Counted from the stretch's first letter, positions 1-13,559 are shown. The stretch: 64,000 nucleotides of DNA from Octopus bimaculoides (GCF_001194135.2 NC_068985.1:11340568-11404567); one strand, 5' to 3'. Made by a program: numbers and translations. The notes: generated from the sequence alone by a model not told the origin.

Positions 1-256
1 GTTGTGTTCTTGAGCAAGACTCTTTATTTCACGTTACTCCAGTTCACTCAGCTGTAGAAATGAGTTGCGACTTCTCAGGTGCCAAGGTGTTTCGGCTCCT
101 TTGCCTTTCCCTTGGATAACACTGGTGGCGTGGAGAGGAGGCCGGTATGCATGGTTAACTGCTGGTCTTCCATAAAACAACTATGCTCGGACTTGTACCT
201 CGGAGGGTAGCTTTCTAGGTGCAATCCCATGGTGAGTCATGACCGAAGGGGGTCTC

Positions 257-258
<2 letters not shown>
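1..258 (+). mobile_element. tRNA-derived SINE, family A (head cut by window edge)
   Basis: Central block TTGAGCAAGAC.CTTTATTTCACGTT.CTCCAGT.CACTCAGCTG shared with copies at 1085 and 43468; tail ends GACCGAAGGGGGTCTC next to (TA)n. Confidence 0.8.
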
Positions 259-308
<50 letters not shown>

Positions 309-1084
309 GATACATAAATATAGACATCGAAAATACATATACATAGTTACACGCACATGCACAAAGGCATGCATACATACACACACGCACACAGGCGCTC
401 AAACACATAGACAAGGAGTTGGATACGGACACATATATAGAAACCAGTATATATATATTGATAGGGTATCTACAATCTCTACCGTCTGCCATTTTACTCT
501 ACTTGACCCTTATTGCTAATTGTAAATCTGTTATATTTGGCATGAGTTTGTTGGTTATGACAGCTGTCTGACGATTGCACGGCGTTTGTAGATCAATTGC
601 AGAGCGATTTATCAACACGCCGTTTTGCTCCAATCTTCTCTATCATTCTTTTTCCCTTTCTTTCGTTCTTTTCTTTGTTTGCTACTTCATAATTTTCATT
701 TTGTTCTGAATTTATATGTTTGTAATTTGTAGATTTATATATTTATTTATCTTTCGCTTACGTATGTGCATTTCGATTAAGTTCAGTTCTGGCAGAATAT
801 AGCTGCTATTTTATCCTCATAAGTAGAATCGGATACACGTATGAAAAATACATCATCAATGACTTTTACTGTTTTAAATATAAACAAATCATTTTTGCTT
901 GAATAATCTTCGAAAAAGAAATCATGATGTAATTATTCACGGGTGTTGATACCTGGTATCTTTCTAACGCATCAATGGTGTGATTGGATTTAGTAGCCTG
1001 TTGGAAAGCGCGAATCTCGCTAGCGTTTAACCTGCATGCAGGATACACAGTAATTCTTAATTCTGTTCACCTGTAACCATTTAT

Positions 1085-1338
1085 GTGGAGGCACGTGGCT
1101 TAGTGGCTAGGGTGTCAGAATCATGATCGTAAGATTGTGGTTTCGATTCCTGGACCGGGCGGCGCGTTGTGTTCTTGAGCAAAACACTTCATTTCACGTT
1201 GCTACAGTCCACTCAGCTAGCAAAAATGAGTAACGCTGCGATGGACTGGTGTCCCGTCCAGCTGGGGAACACATACGCCATAGAAACCGGGCCCATGAGC
1301 CTGGCTAGGCTTTAAATGGGCGCATTTATTTATTTTTA
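1085..1338 (+). mobile_element. tRNA-derived SINE, family A, full length with 11-bp TSD
   Basis: A box TGGCTTAGTGG, B box-like GTTTCGATTCC, shared central domain, (ATTT)n tail; TAACCATTTAT at 1074-1084 and 1339-1349. Confidence 0.9.
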
Positions 1339-1528
1339 TAACCATTTATACACTGTGTAATCTTCAGACTTATACGTTCCTAGTTCAAACACCACCGATG
1401 TATATTTCGCCTTTCATTCAAACGGGGTCGACAAGATTAACAGTGAACTACTGTGTCGATGAATTCGAATAAACATTACTGTCTTTTTACCCACATTAGA
1501 AGCTACTACTACTACTACTACTACTACT

Positions 1529-1885
1529 AGGGAGCATTAAAGCCATGTGTTGAGAAGAATTCTTTGGGGTTTGGATAATCGACCTATGGAAAAATAGGTG
1601 TTTCATTAAACATCCTTAAACAAGCCTTATTCAGGGACATTTTGAGCGGGATGGGTACTCGACCTGAAGAAAATTCTAACTGGGCTCCACCTGCGAGGTC
1701 ATGCGCTGTTTATCTTGATAGATCACCATATCACGCACATATGGTTATGAAGCATGTGCCTGGTGTACCCTTGTCAGGCGTGCAGTCATGTTTGGTATAC
1801 TGGGTTCGTATATCTTACCCCAGTGTCAGTTTGATGGCATGCACTGCTCTCTCACTCAATAATAATAATAATGATGATGATGATT
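1529..1885 (+). mobile_element. Interspersed repeat with (AAT/GAT)n tail, probable 3' end of a non-LTR retroelement
   Basis: GC-richer block between (ACT)n and a tail CTCTCTCACTCAATAATAATAAT; recognised from memory as a recurrent octopus repeat, only one copy in this window. Confidence 0.5.
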
Positions 1886-2521
1886 AAAAATAATCACATT
1901 GTTCGTTTGCTGTTTGTATACTAATATAATCTTGAACATGCGAAACTTAAGCTTTGCCATAAAAATAAAATATAACCAGTTGTTATATTGATCATGGTTG
2001 CGCGCGTGCGTGCGTGTATCCGCACGTGCGTATGTGCCTTTTCGCGTGTGTGTGTGTATAAGTATGCGTCTGTGAATGTGTGTCTGTGTGCACGCACGCA
2101 CACGCTTTAAGGATGAGTGGTGTGATATTTCAGAACAACAGACACTCCACATGTCTTACAACCTCGTCGTCTTAAATTTCACATATGCTTATTTTCAAAT
2201 GGATATTATAGAAACATTTTAATGAAACCTACAGAAGTAGATATGCAGTCCTAAACATGTGTTAATAAATTCACAACGATTCAGTAACGTAGTATTCAAT
2301 GAAATCCGCAGCAAAAGCTTCTCGTATTAGACTGCAGTTTTCACTTTCATGAAAGATAATGCGTCACTGATTTAGTCTTTTACTATATACTGTTAAACTA
2401 TGATGATTCCTATATTTCAGTTTCTTGTTTCATAAAGTTTTATGCTCATCGGCATTTCGGATAAGCTAAGCAGAAAGATGAGGCTGTGTGGTAAGAATGT
2501 TCGTTCCTACATACATCGTTT

Positions 2522-2831
2522 CTGGAAAGACTAGCTCCCCACTTTGGAATTAAAAGCTATACCAACGACCGAATTGGACTGCACTGCATAATACCAAAGA
2601 TACCGTCTTCTTCATCTCAAACAAGGACCTAGTATTGCAACAGCTTCGGTTTCAGAGGACGACGACTGTTTAACACCCTGATAAGGAACCTAAGAGATCT
2701 GCAAAGTGTAGATGTGGAAGTGTTCAAAATGCACCTGTACAAATTTCTGTCTGAAATCCCAGATGACACCAGATCGTGGCAGGAGGAACGAAAAAAAAAA
2801 ACCAGCTTTATCCAACACGCTTCTTCACCAA
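2522..2831 (+). pseudogene. CR1-group (CR1/L2-like) LINE ORF2 C-terminal relic
   Basis: Manual translation LERLAPHFGIKSYTNDRIGLHCIIPKIPSSSSQTRT*YCNSFGFRGRRLFNTLIRNLRDLQSVDVEVFKMHLYKFLSEIPDDTRSWQEER...SNTLLHQ; fits the GP.LFN.LP..LR...FK..LD..L..IPDEP end of CR1-group ORF2; one in-frame stop. Confidence 0.8.
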
Positions 2832-2861
2832 AGCAGTACCGAAAAGACACCTCAAAACACT

Positions 2862-3010
2862 GAAAGGTGGTGCTCCAGTATGGCCTGAGTCTCTGGGTGA
2901 ATCCAGTAAAAGAATAAGAGAATAAAAGTGCTCTGATCGATATGTCCGATTAAACCCTTCAAGATTGTGCCCCAGCATGGCACCAGCCCAGTGACTGAAA
3001 GAAGTTAAAG
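2862..3010 (+). mobile_element. Two short SINE family C 3'-tail fragments
   Basis: AAAGGTGGTGCTCCAGTATGGCC and GTGCCCCAGCATGGC...GTGACTGAAA resemble the family C tail. Confidence 0.55.
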
Positions 3011-3083
3011 GTAAAACATAGAACAGATCAATGTCAAAATATATGAAGTCGAAGATGTTGAGTGTGTGTAGGTTGCTGTTTCA

Positions 3084-3230
3084 TAGATCTATTTCGTAGC
3101 TCTATTCGTAGCTCTAATTGTAGCTCTGTCAGTAGCTCTAATCGTAGTTCTAATTGTAGCTCTGTTCCTAACTCTATTAGTAGCTCTATTTCATAGCTTT
3201 ATTTCATAGCTCTATTTCGTAGCTCTGTTC
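3084..3230. repeat. Minisatellite, 12-13 bp unit (TAGCTCTATTCG-like), about 12 copies
   Basis: Tandem TAGCTCT[A/G]NT[C/T]G variants read directly. Confidence 0.9.
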
Positions 3231-3643
3231 TGAGTACACGCTCTATCCCTCATTAGAAAGGCAAAGCATACACTGGATGACTTGTTTAGTCCTGTATTAT
3301 ACCTTTTTATAATCGACGGTGGTCATTGCAGCCATATTATACACACAGCCTTACTAGGTTTACGTTAGCTAATGTCTTTCTCGTTCAAAGGTTATATCGT
3401 AGTCTGTGAAGAAGATTGGGTTAATAAATCTGGTTTGAAGTGGATCTAAACACGAACGGGCCGCAACCACAACAGCAGTAAATGAAATATTGAAAACCAG
3501 ATAAAAGCTTACCNNNNNNNNNNAAAAAAAAAAAAAAAAAAACCCGTTTTCAACAGGCTGGAGTAGCAGCATTAGCATCGACAATAACGGGACAGAAACA
3601 AGAACAAGAGGACGACAAAACATCTACTACTACTACCACTACC

Positions 3644-3698
3644 ACCATAAAACAATGCAAATAAAAATTGCAGCAAGAGCGGGAGCGGCAACAAGAGC

Positions 3699-3747
<49 letters not shown>

Positions 3748-4244
3748 TACGTCGAGGACAACAAAATAGAAAATAACAACAACAAATAATAATAACAATG
3801 ATAATAATAAATAATAATAATAATAATAATAATAATAAGCAAAAAATATCAAGCGTAGAATGACTGAGAACAATAATGAGAGAACCAGAAAATAGCTTGA
3901 AAATATACGAAGTCATGATGGCGTTTTATTTTTAAGATTACAACTTTCAATTTTTCTTCTTTTTAACAAAGCTTCTTCTATTTGAGTTCTGTATTTTTTC
4001 TCATTTCTATTCTATTTATATTGAGAACTGTTGTTTCTTTCTAGGGTTGCTTTAAACTATATTTTTCCTGTTGCTCTTGTTTAAGTTCTCGCTGTTACAG
4101 TCTATATATTTTGTCATTTTTATTATTTGCCCAATTCTAAACTTATCTTTTACTTTCGTGTGTATGTGTGAACGTTTGTGAACGTGTACGTACACACACT
4201 GACACACGCATATACATATGTATTTCTCTATGTATGTGTGTATC

Positions 4245-4293
<49 letters not shown>

Positions 4294-4401
4294 NNNNNNN
4301 NNNNNNNNNNNNNNNNNNNNNNNNNNNNNNNNNNNNATATATATACGCACCCACCCCCCACATATATATATAGACATACATATATATATATATATAGACA
4401 T

Positions 4402-4455
<54 letters not shown>

Positions 4456-4672
4456 TGTTTATTATTTCTCTCAGCTGTTAAGATTCTATTCGTCTTTCAA
4501 GTCTGAGAAAACACACACACACACACACACACGCGCACGCATGGTATATGCACACACATTTTCGCTTTATCTATATGAAGTGAATGCATATGCGTATGAA
4601 AATAATTGCATATATAGCCTGCACATGGCTTGCGTAGACATTGTTTCCAAATATGTCAGGAGAATGTACTTG

Positions 4673-4703
<31 letters not shown>

Positions 4704-4927
4704 AAGGGAGCATGTATATACAAGTGTGTATGTGCAAGTGTGATGGACTACTAGTATTTGTTTTTGTGGATGTATGTTAATGTTTCGTGTAAGATATTCT
4801 GTATTGACGCTTGAATTTGTTTATTTTATTTAATAAAACGTCTAATAATATTAGGCACACACGCATGCATATATAATGCATAAGCAGACATAGAAATGCA
4901 CACGCGCTCACATACACATTCACACGC

Positions 4928-4962
<35 letters not shown>

Positions 4963-4994
4963 CATGTGTGTCTATGTATGTATGTATATTTATT

Positions 4995-5028
<34 letters not shown>

Positions 5029-5371
5029 NNNNNNNNNNNNNNNNNNNNNNNNNNNNNNNNNNNNNNNNNNNNNNNNNNNNNNNNNNNNNNNNNNNNNNNN
5101 NNNNNNNNNNNNNNNNNNNNNNNNNNNNNNNNNNNNNNNNNNNNNNNNNNNNNNNNNNNNNNNNNNNNNNNNNNNNNNNNNNNNNNNNNNNNNNNNNNNN
5201 NNNNNNNNNNNNNNNNNNNNNNNNNNNNNNNNNNNNNNNNNNNNNNNNNNNNNNNNNNNNNNNNNNNNNNNNNNNNNNNNNNNNNNNNNNNNNNNNNNNN
5301 NNNNNNNNNNNNNNNNNNNNNNNNNNNNNNNNNNNNNNNNNNNNNNNNNNNNNNNNNNNNNNNNNNNNNNN

Positions 5372-5418
<47 letters not shown>

Positions 5419-5530
5419 ACAGAGAGGGAGAGAAATACATACATACACATATAAACAAACAGCATACATACTTATATATACATATATAAACAAACAGCAT
5501 ACATACTTAGTCAGTTAGATAGATAGATAG
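3644..5530. repeat. Microsatellite-rich zone: (TA)n, (CA)n, (AAT)n, (GATA)n with N gaps 4294-4336 and 5029-5371
   Basis: Direct reading. Confidence 0.95.
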
Positions 5531-6329
5531 ATAGACGGATGAAGAAAGTCAAATCATATTCAATCTTCTATTTGTTATGAAAGTAAATCGTAACCGACAG
5601 CACCAAATAGCGCAGGAGGTTTACTCTGACTCGCAACAGCCTTTCCTAGCGCCATTTCTGCTTCCCTATGATATGTGGACAACGCCTTTGATGAAACTGG
5701 TGCCAAATTGCATTAGTTATCGGCTTTCTCTGGGAATATGTATCTGGCATGGATTGGGGAGACATTCATGTATGTGCAAATGTTGTTCCATTATTAAAAA
5801 AACGAAAACATTCCGTTGGCTTGCAGCTTATTTGTGAACATTTCAGTTTGAAATACATCTTATTAACCGAGGTATTATTTTGATGAGTAAATTAAGCGTA
5901 AATTATAAATGATGCACATGCTTTCGATTGAGTGTTCATTAATGCCGAAGTAGACCACGATATGGACATAAATTACGTATGTACTAAGTGTACGGGATAA
6001 ATTTGATGATTTTTTTTAAATGTCTCCTTTTTTTTATATACAAACAGCTTGCGGGAATGGTAAACATTCAGTGGCGTTGAAAGATATAAAGATTATTGTT
6101 GTAATTAACAAAAAATGTTAGCTAACATGGATGACTAGAAGTTATATGAATATTGTAAAAGAGTTACATAAATCTTATTGATGCGCGACGGGTGTCAAAA
6201 TGGCGACATTATGATTGCTGCTCAATGCTACGTGGACTTTGTAAAGGCTGTAAGATGTGACATGGGTAGCTGCAACGGAGGCTATGAAGCAGAGATCAGC
6301 AGGAAGAGACACAGCAGGCCTTCTAGCTG

Positions 6330-6695
6330 CATCCGCACGTCATTAAGAAGGGTCTGAGGCGCGGTTCAGCCGGCTATGTGAAGGTTCTGGAGACTGTGGT
6401 CAATCTCTGGCTGGAGGGGGTAGCTGTATGGCGTTACGATTCAATTTCTTGCCATAACTCAAGAGAGAGTTAGAAGTCGCTGTCGAAGAATTACGATTTT
6501 ACCAGCCCCAATTTTTGGCCTCCTTACTCACCCGACTGGAATTCTATGTATGACTGTGTGTCAATGACACCATTTGCTCTGCCTGCAACCCCAATTCTAA
6601 ACTAGTGGTCAGGATCAAGGAGAGGGCAATGATCTTCTCAGGAACACAGCCAGGTTCTGGATTCAGGCCGTGGTGGAAGATGAGGTCGACATTTT
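6330..6695 (+). pseudogene. Tc1/mariner-superfamily transposase relic (maT/DD37D-like catalytic C-terminus)
   Basis: Single frame HPHVIKKGLRRGSAGYVKVLETVVNLWLEGVAVWRYDSISCHNSRES*KSLSKNYDFTSPNFWPPYSPDWNSMYDCV, then LVVRIKE and RFWIQAVVEDEVDIF; WPP.SPD.N motif; stop and deletions; no TIRs found. Confidence 0.85.
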
Positions 6696-7276
6696 CAATA
6701 AACTTTTCTTTCGTTTATAATGCATATATATATTTTTTCCTTTCCTTTTAGTCCGAAATTTCTGTTTGCGTGTGTGCATGTGTAGTGGGATCATCGGGAA
6801 TACTTACTAAAATGCCATGAACAAGGTTATGAAATCAGCTTAGGTAGAGCAAGGCGTCTGTGCAGCAGGTAGTTTGACCCCTAGAAGGCATAGGGCTACA
6901 TGAACTAACGTTAACTGGACACAAATCGAGTATATGATTGCTAAAAAACTCTGTTTACATAATAACCCGATAAAACACATTTCGATGTATACAGGCGCAT
7001 CAGGAGGTGGAGAAGAACTATATTCCCTGTTCCATTTTTATACGATACCTGTCCCTTTTTAATCAAAGATACTTACGGAATTTACTTATACGCCTAACAA
7101 TATTTCTTACAGTAAGAATTCCTTCTCACATAATAGTCCTTTAATTATTAAAATTACACTCTAAATAAAATGTGATATAGCATACCTTTACATTGTTTTT
7201 AAATTAGAATTGTGAATTCTAATTTAAATAAATCTACTTCTTGAATTTAGCCGGATTTATCTGATACTTTTATATC

Positions 7277-7302
7277 GTTATTATTATTATTGTTATTGTC
7301 AC

Positions 7303-7333
<31 letters not shown>

Positions 7334-7556
7334 ATTGTTATTGTCACTATAATTATCATTATTATTATCATTATTATTATCATTATTATTAATATTGTTA
7401 TTGTCACTATTATTATTATTATTTCACCGAGGTCGATGCAATTGACTCACTCCTTTACCCAAAATTGCATCCCTTGTGGCAAAATTTGGAACTATAATAA
7501 TAATAATAATAATTATTATTATTATTATTATTATTATTATCACTATTATTATTATC
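7277..7556. repeat. (ATT)n/(AAT)n compound microsatellite around a short SINE-tail fragment (7424-7492)
   Basis: Direct reading; GGTCGATGCAATTGACT...CCTTGTGGCAAAATTTGGAAC resembles a family B-type tail. Confidence 0.75.
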
Positions 7557-8882
7557 ATATGTGATATGAAGTAGTCGTGCGTGCTTCTATTGACTGACAC
7601 CATTAATGCATTATTTTCGATTGACACTACATAGAAATATATCAATAGAGATTTTCTAACGAGAGGAGATAAGAGTTTATTTATTTGCAATTATTGTTCC
7701 TTGTGTGGAATAAAAATGTACACATTAGCAAAGAAAAATGTTCGCTTCCACCTATCATGTACAATATAATTGCTACAGCTTTAAAAAAAAAATACGCCCC
7801 CTCAAAACAATTCTAACAAAGACATTCACGTCTTTGGAGACTGTAGACAACAAAAATATAACTAATTTAACTCCACAAAGAAATGTAGTTATTTCACGAG
7901 AAAAAAATAATGATTTTATGATAGAAAATACAAAAATTAAAATAGACATTCGTTGTGATAAGCTAAACAATAACAAGAACAAGAATATCAATAACAATAC
8001 AGAGTCAAAGGAGCTCTCCTTTTGGCAAACGACAACTACACAACCACATCCACACATGCAAACACACACACATACACACGCACGCACGCGCACACTCATA
8101 ACCATCCCCGCTTAGAGTCGTCTCACCAAGAAATGGAATGAATGCGAAATTGACAAAAACAAACAAACATACAAAAACAGAATAACCCTTTCTAAACTTC
8201 CATTTTTAACGAACTAAATCGGGTGTGTCTTAGGAATTATATGGTGGTGAAAAAGTCTGACTGGAAGTATTGCGTAATAAAGACAAGTGCATCAGTACTT
8301 TAGTCTCATATCTTGAAGGATATCGAATATATTTTCGTGCCCGCAAGAGAAACCGTAGTCAAGTTCAGTTAAATTTGAGAATATTATTTCCTTGAATAAT
8401 TGAGGAAGTTCTTATAGATGAGTTATATTCAAACTCGGGGACAAGTCGGTGCCTTATATTCTTATCCAGAAACTCATAGACCATGACAACGGGGAGTGAT
8501 GCTAGCCCTTAGATGGCTAGTATTGTGATGTAGGAAGTGAAGGCAGCAACAGTCGAGGCGACCAACGCTATATGCACCCTGCTGGAATATATACGAATAT
8601 ACAATGTCCTATTAGCTATGAAGACCATGGAGGAATTCTAGAAATATAACATGCCATGGATGCAGCAAAATTAGGCCAGTGGTGTCTGTATGCGTCTATA
8701 TGCGTGCGAGTGTGTATGTGTGAGAGTGTATATGTATATAGTAATTGAATCCCAAATGATATTTTTAACTATAACTTGATTTTTAAAATTCTAGAAAAAG
8801 CAATGACATTTTCTTGGGAAACAATGAAAACGTGCCCATGTCGCCATTACATGACTGACACCGGTAAAGGAATAAGAAGACA

Positions 8883-8934
<52 letters not shown>

Positions 8935-9630
8935 NNNNNNNNNNNNNNNNNNNNNNNNNNNNNNNNNNNNNNNNNNNNNNNNNNNNNNNNNNNNNNNNNN
9001 NNNNNNNNNNNNNNNNNNNNNNNNNNNNNNNNNNNNNNNNNNNNNNNNNNNNNNNNNNNNNNNNNNNNNNNNNNNNNNNNNNNNNNNNNNNNNNNNNNNN
9101 NNNNNNNNNNNNNNNNNNNNNNNNNNNNNNNNNNNNNNNNNNNNNNNNNNNNNNNNNNNATATATATATATATATATATACAAATTTATTCACGTGAGTG
9201 TGTGTTTACATTAGGTATGTGTTTCATAAAGGAAGTAATTATTATGTTGACAATACAAACGAGCAAGCTGCAATATGAAAGCTATTGATTTCATTTTCTT
9301 AAGGACTTAAGATGAAACGATTCCAATATTGAGTTCCATCCATTGAAAACCTGAAAGAAAACACCACCGCATTGGAGAATACACGCTCTTTGGCTTACGG
9401 TTATACAATCCTCTGTTTGATGAGTGGGCGAGTCATCGAGAACAAGTTCTATGAGTTCATAGCAAAATGCGATCAGTGAGTTAACCATAATATTTTAACA
9501 ATAAATTGAAACCACATGATAATCACAGCTTTTAGATTGGCGTTTGAATACGACCCTGAGGTGGATGCAAAGTGTGTATTAACCATTGCTTAAAAGAGAT
9601 ATGTGACAAAACATGAATCATTGCACTCAC

Positions 9631-9759
9631 CTTCGGGGAACGCGGGATCTTCGTAACTTTTGAAAGGAAATTCCTCGTAGTCGATATATCGTCCCCCGGT
9701 AGTAGCGCAAAGCATATGGAATATGCAGCACCAGAAAATTACCAACAAGTGTCGCATAT
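9631..9759 (-). CDS. Candidate coding exon of an unidentified gene; signal-peptide-like N-terminus MRHLLVIFWCCIFHMLCATTG-GRYIDYEEFPFKSYEDPAFPE
   Basis: Minus strand: long polypyrimidine tract plus TTTCCAG acceptor before 9759, ATG at 9757, 42 open codons, donor GAAG|GTGAGT after 9631; 129 nt, GC-richer than flanks. Confidence 0.7.
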
Positions 9760-10010
9760 CTGGAAACGAAGAAAAAAAGATTAAAAAAAATAATAACGAC
9801 ATTGCTTAATTGTGGTGTTCTGCTTCAGTAATGCCTGAAGCTTTGAAGACATTAATTTGCGTGTTATAATCATTTCAATTTTTTAGAATAGAAATTCAGC
9901 GAAAACCTTAAGTGGCACTGATGTTAAATGTTCAGGAGTATTTTAATTAGGATGTATAGTAGACTTAAAATTTGATAAAAAATGTATTGAAATGCATAAA
10001 AAGTAGCGGG

Positions 10011-10234
10011 CCTTTTCGTTAGCAACCCAACGGGAACCGGCTCTGGCTCTGAGTACAAATGTCTTGTTTTTATAAGTTTTGAATTAAGATCTTCCACCAA
10101 ACCTTAATCACAATTTATGTTCCTAACACTAGCTTAATGATAACTAAGTTATTCTGCTAATTTTTTTGTTATATTTAAAGTAATTGAAAGAAACACAGAA
10201 CATCTCAGCAGAAATACAGTAACGAAAGGGTTAA
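10011..10234. mobile_element. piggyBac-like (TTAA) MITE, left end decayed
   Basis: Right end GTAACGAAAGGG-TTAA; left end CCTTTTCGTTAGC approximates its reverse complement CCCTTTCGTTAC. Confidence 0.6.
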
Positions 10235-10864
10235 AAAAAAGGGAAGTTCTTGTATGTCAAAAGACTGTTTACGTTGATAAAATATTATTACTAAAATAGT
10301 TTCAAATAGGAAATATTGAACACATCAACGCTATGCTAGAAATCACAAAAAGAGGACAAGCAATTCCAGCACCAACCGGGAACCCTATTAATTCAATGTC
10401 GAGGTCACTTAATGATTTGTCTTCATACTCCAATGAAGTGAAGATACACGTTTAGGCTATTATATTGGTAATCCCTTTTAGGACCACTACTTGCCCTCTA
10501 TTTCTGCAGATACTAATCATATCTGATTTGCAATTTGCCTTGAATATGTATCGTTAATTAGGTCTGACAAGATCGATTCATGTTTGTTGCTTTCACCAGT
10601 TGTTATTATCCACAACTCCCATGGCTAACTGCATTGTTTTCACAACAACAAAATAAACAAAAGAGAGAAATGAAAGAGATGTTATTGAGTTAAATTCCCT
10701 TGTTTATCACAATTTATATTTTACACAGTCTACAAGGTGCTTTTATCTATTAATTGCGATTTTAATCTCACTTAATCGAACTGCTTCGAACTAAGCTGGT
10801 ACACGCATTGTGACGCCCTACTATACATACATACATACATACATACATACATACATACATACAT

Positions 10865-11093
10865 AAGGCGGCGAGCTGGCAGAAACGTTAGCACGCCGGG
10901 CGAAATGCTTAGCAGTATTTCGTCTGCCGCTACGTTGAGTTCAAATTCTGCCGGGGTCGACTTTGCCTTTCATCCTTTCGTGGTCGATAAATTAAGTACC
11001 AGTTACGCACTGGGGTCGATATAATCCACTTAATCCGTTTGTCTGTCTTTGTTTGTCCCCTCTATGTGTAGCCCCTTGTGGGTAGTAAAGAAA
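10865..11093 (+). mobile_element. SINE family B (head GGCGGCGAGCTGGCAGAAACGTTAGC)
   Basis: Near-identical to copies at 14714, 51778 and 62292; B box-like GAGTTCAAATTC. Confidence 0.92.
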
Positions 11094-11094
11094 C

Positions 11095-11151
<57 letters not shown>

Positions 11152-12101
11152 GCACATATATACACATTTGTGTTTGTTTGTGTATATATACGTGTGTGTA
11201 TGTGTTTGTGTGTCAGTACACACTTAAGCACATATAAGCTTATCAGCCTATTTAGAAAGAATCATTTTCCTTTTGTCCACCTTTTATCAAAAGTTGTTTA
11301 CTTATATTGCAAAACTAAATCATAAGCAACGAGACAAACATTACTTATTGTGAAGATTACCAGAAAGAACCGTCTCAAACTGCATACAGACGCTGCAAAA
11401 AATCTAGGACATCTGCAGAATTATGATTTGTAAATAATCTTTTTTTTTTTATTTCTCGTTAATGCACTCAACATTAAAATGAAGATTTGTTGCCATCATT
11501 TCATCAGAATGGTCAAGAGATTCATTTTCTTTTATCTCTAAATTTAAAAGAGTGTTAGCAGCATTTCTAATATATATATATATATATTTTTATATTTAGT
11601 TTATTCACTTCGAATATCTCTTAAAATTTGCATGCAAACTTATTTTGAAATGGATTAAAAAAAAAAAATTGTTTTAGTGTTATTTTTCTGTTCTCTATTT
11701 TGGTATTTTCAGATTTCTATTTTAAGCTCAATTGTCTTGAGTAACGTAAAAATAAAGAGAACACTTGTCATCTTCCCGCAAAGGAAATACTTTTTATCCA
11801 CTACACAATGAGAACTATAGTTACAGCATTATAAAAACACGGATTTTAAACGTTTCATTAACTCTCCCATACCTAATAATAATGATATTAATGTATCGCT
11901 ATGTACGTATATAGTCAACAATCTTTACTTCTATTAATCCCATCGCTTAGCAACTCAAAAACCAGTGTCCTTTAAAGGCAAGTTTCATTCGTGTAATAAA
12001 CTAGCTCAACAGTGAACCAAAGGCAAATACACAGAATATTCGAAATGGAAAGTATAGATCAAAGGAAATGAAAACGAAAGGTGGTTGTATAATCTTTTGT
12101 A

Positions 12102-12305
12102 CTCTAGGTACAAGGCCCGATTTTTTTTTCTTTTTGTTTGTGGGGGGCAGTCGATTAGGTCTACTCCAGTATGTAATTCATCGACCCCGAAAGAATGAAA
12201 AGCAAAGGCGACCTCGGCGTAATTTGAACTCAGAACGTAAAGATAGACGAAATACCGTTAAGCATTTCGCCCACCGTGCTAACGTGTCTGCCAGCTCGCC
12301 GCCTT
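12102..12305 (-). mobile_element. SINE family B, alternative tail (GGCCTTGTACCTAG)
   Basis: Reverse complement of family B head at 12290-12305; internal deletion. Confidence 0.88.
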
Positions 12306-13559
12306 CAGATAAAGTATAATAAAGAGATAAGAATTCCCATCAGGAATCTGTTGCGCATTGCACAACGTGCAGAAAATTAGCAAACAAAATTTCTTATATA
12401 GACAACCGATCAGACTATGACAACTGGAAAGCATTTCATGATAGTTCTGAAACAATCTCTTGAATTAAACAGGAAGTTAAAACAGGATATATAAATACCT
12501 GAACGTGTCACCATACATAAATGATATAACTGATTTACGAAACGTTTAAGAATTTACAACTTTTATATACCCCTTATATATGTTTCTGTTAATTTTTGCA
12601 TTTATGTTGTTGTGGAGATACACGACGTTTCAATAATGCACAAACGCTTTGTATGAGGCTTCAAATTCAAGTCATTTCGTCGCCATTAGTGTGTTGATCG
12701 ATAGATCGTGTTTCTATATTCTAATTAACTCCAACTCGGCCCTGCTGTAGCAAACTCGTTATGAACGAACTAGAACGCATTTATTTATTGTAGAAATGTC
12801 TTACCATGAACTAAATTACTCAATATTTCTAGGTAAAATATGAATTTGTGAGAGATTTAACTTCCATTTCCTGAAGAGCAGACGACAACATAAAGTTTAC
12901 TTCCTTGGCAGACACCTGGTGACACCTGTCATCCACCACCCTCATTATTAAATACCACATGTGTCATTTGCTGCTCTTGTACACCATAAATGACATGTAT
13001 CATTCGTTGGTTATATGTTGGGCCCTGGGCTTATTAAATCTGTCAGCAAAATGTGTGTTACTTAACTGCGATGAACATATTTCACTGTCATTTGATTTGC
13101 GTTATTATTTCAGATTTTACGGCATTGAATTGCTTTGTTTTCCTCACTACAGATTTGATGCTCACATATTTCCACTCTGGCATATACCTTCATCCAAATT
13201 TCTGTGTATCAAAGGTGCATAAGGACGTGTGTAGGAATTTGTGTGTGTACGTGTGTGTGTGTTTCTTAATTATAAGTGACAGAAGCAGTGTTACTACCAA
13301 AATGTAATCTTTATATTCAACTCACCGTGGATACCACCTTTGCGTTATTGCGATCCTCTCATATAGGCGCTTCGTGCATCTCAAGACTAATAACTCTAAC
13401 AACACAGTATTCGCTGTTCTAACAAGACATCCACATTTAGTTGGATATAAAGATTAGCTTTTGGTACGAATGCAACTTCCGTCGCTAAAGTTTAATTTTT
13501 AATAAACTTGCTGGCTATTTGCCTCATCAGTGACTGAAGAAATGTTGATTTTCTATGTA

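Noticed and set aside
866-1048. Minus-strand ORF LNASEIRAFQQATKSNHTIDALERYQ as a downstream exon
   Set aside because: Weak splice sites; phase does not follow the 9631 donor; no recognisable domain
9680-9700. GRYID resembling the reflectin GRYMD motif
   Set aside because: Only five residues; no Met/Asp-rich repeats, and the hydrophobic leader is unlike reflectins
13505-13535. Minus-strand CTGATGA-GGC-AAATA-GCC as a hammerhead
   Set aside because: Followed by AGCAAG rather than GAAA; no stem III or stem I
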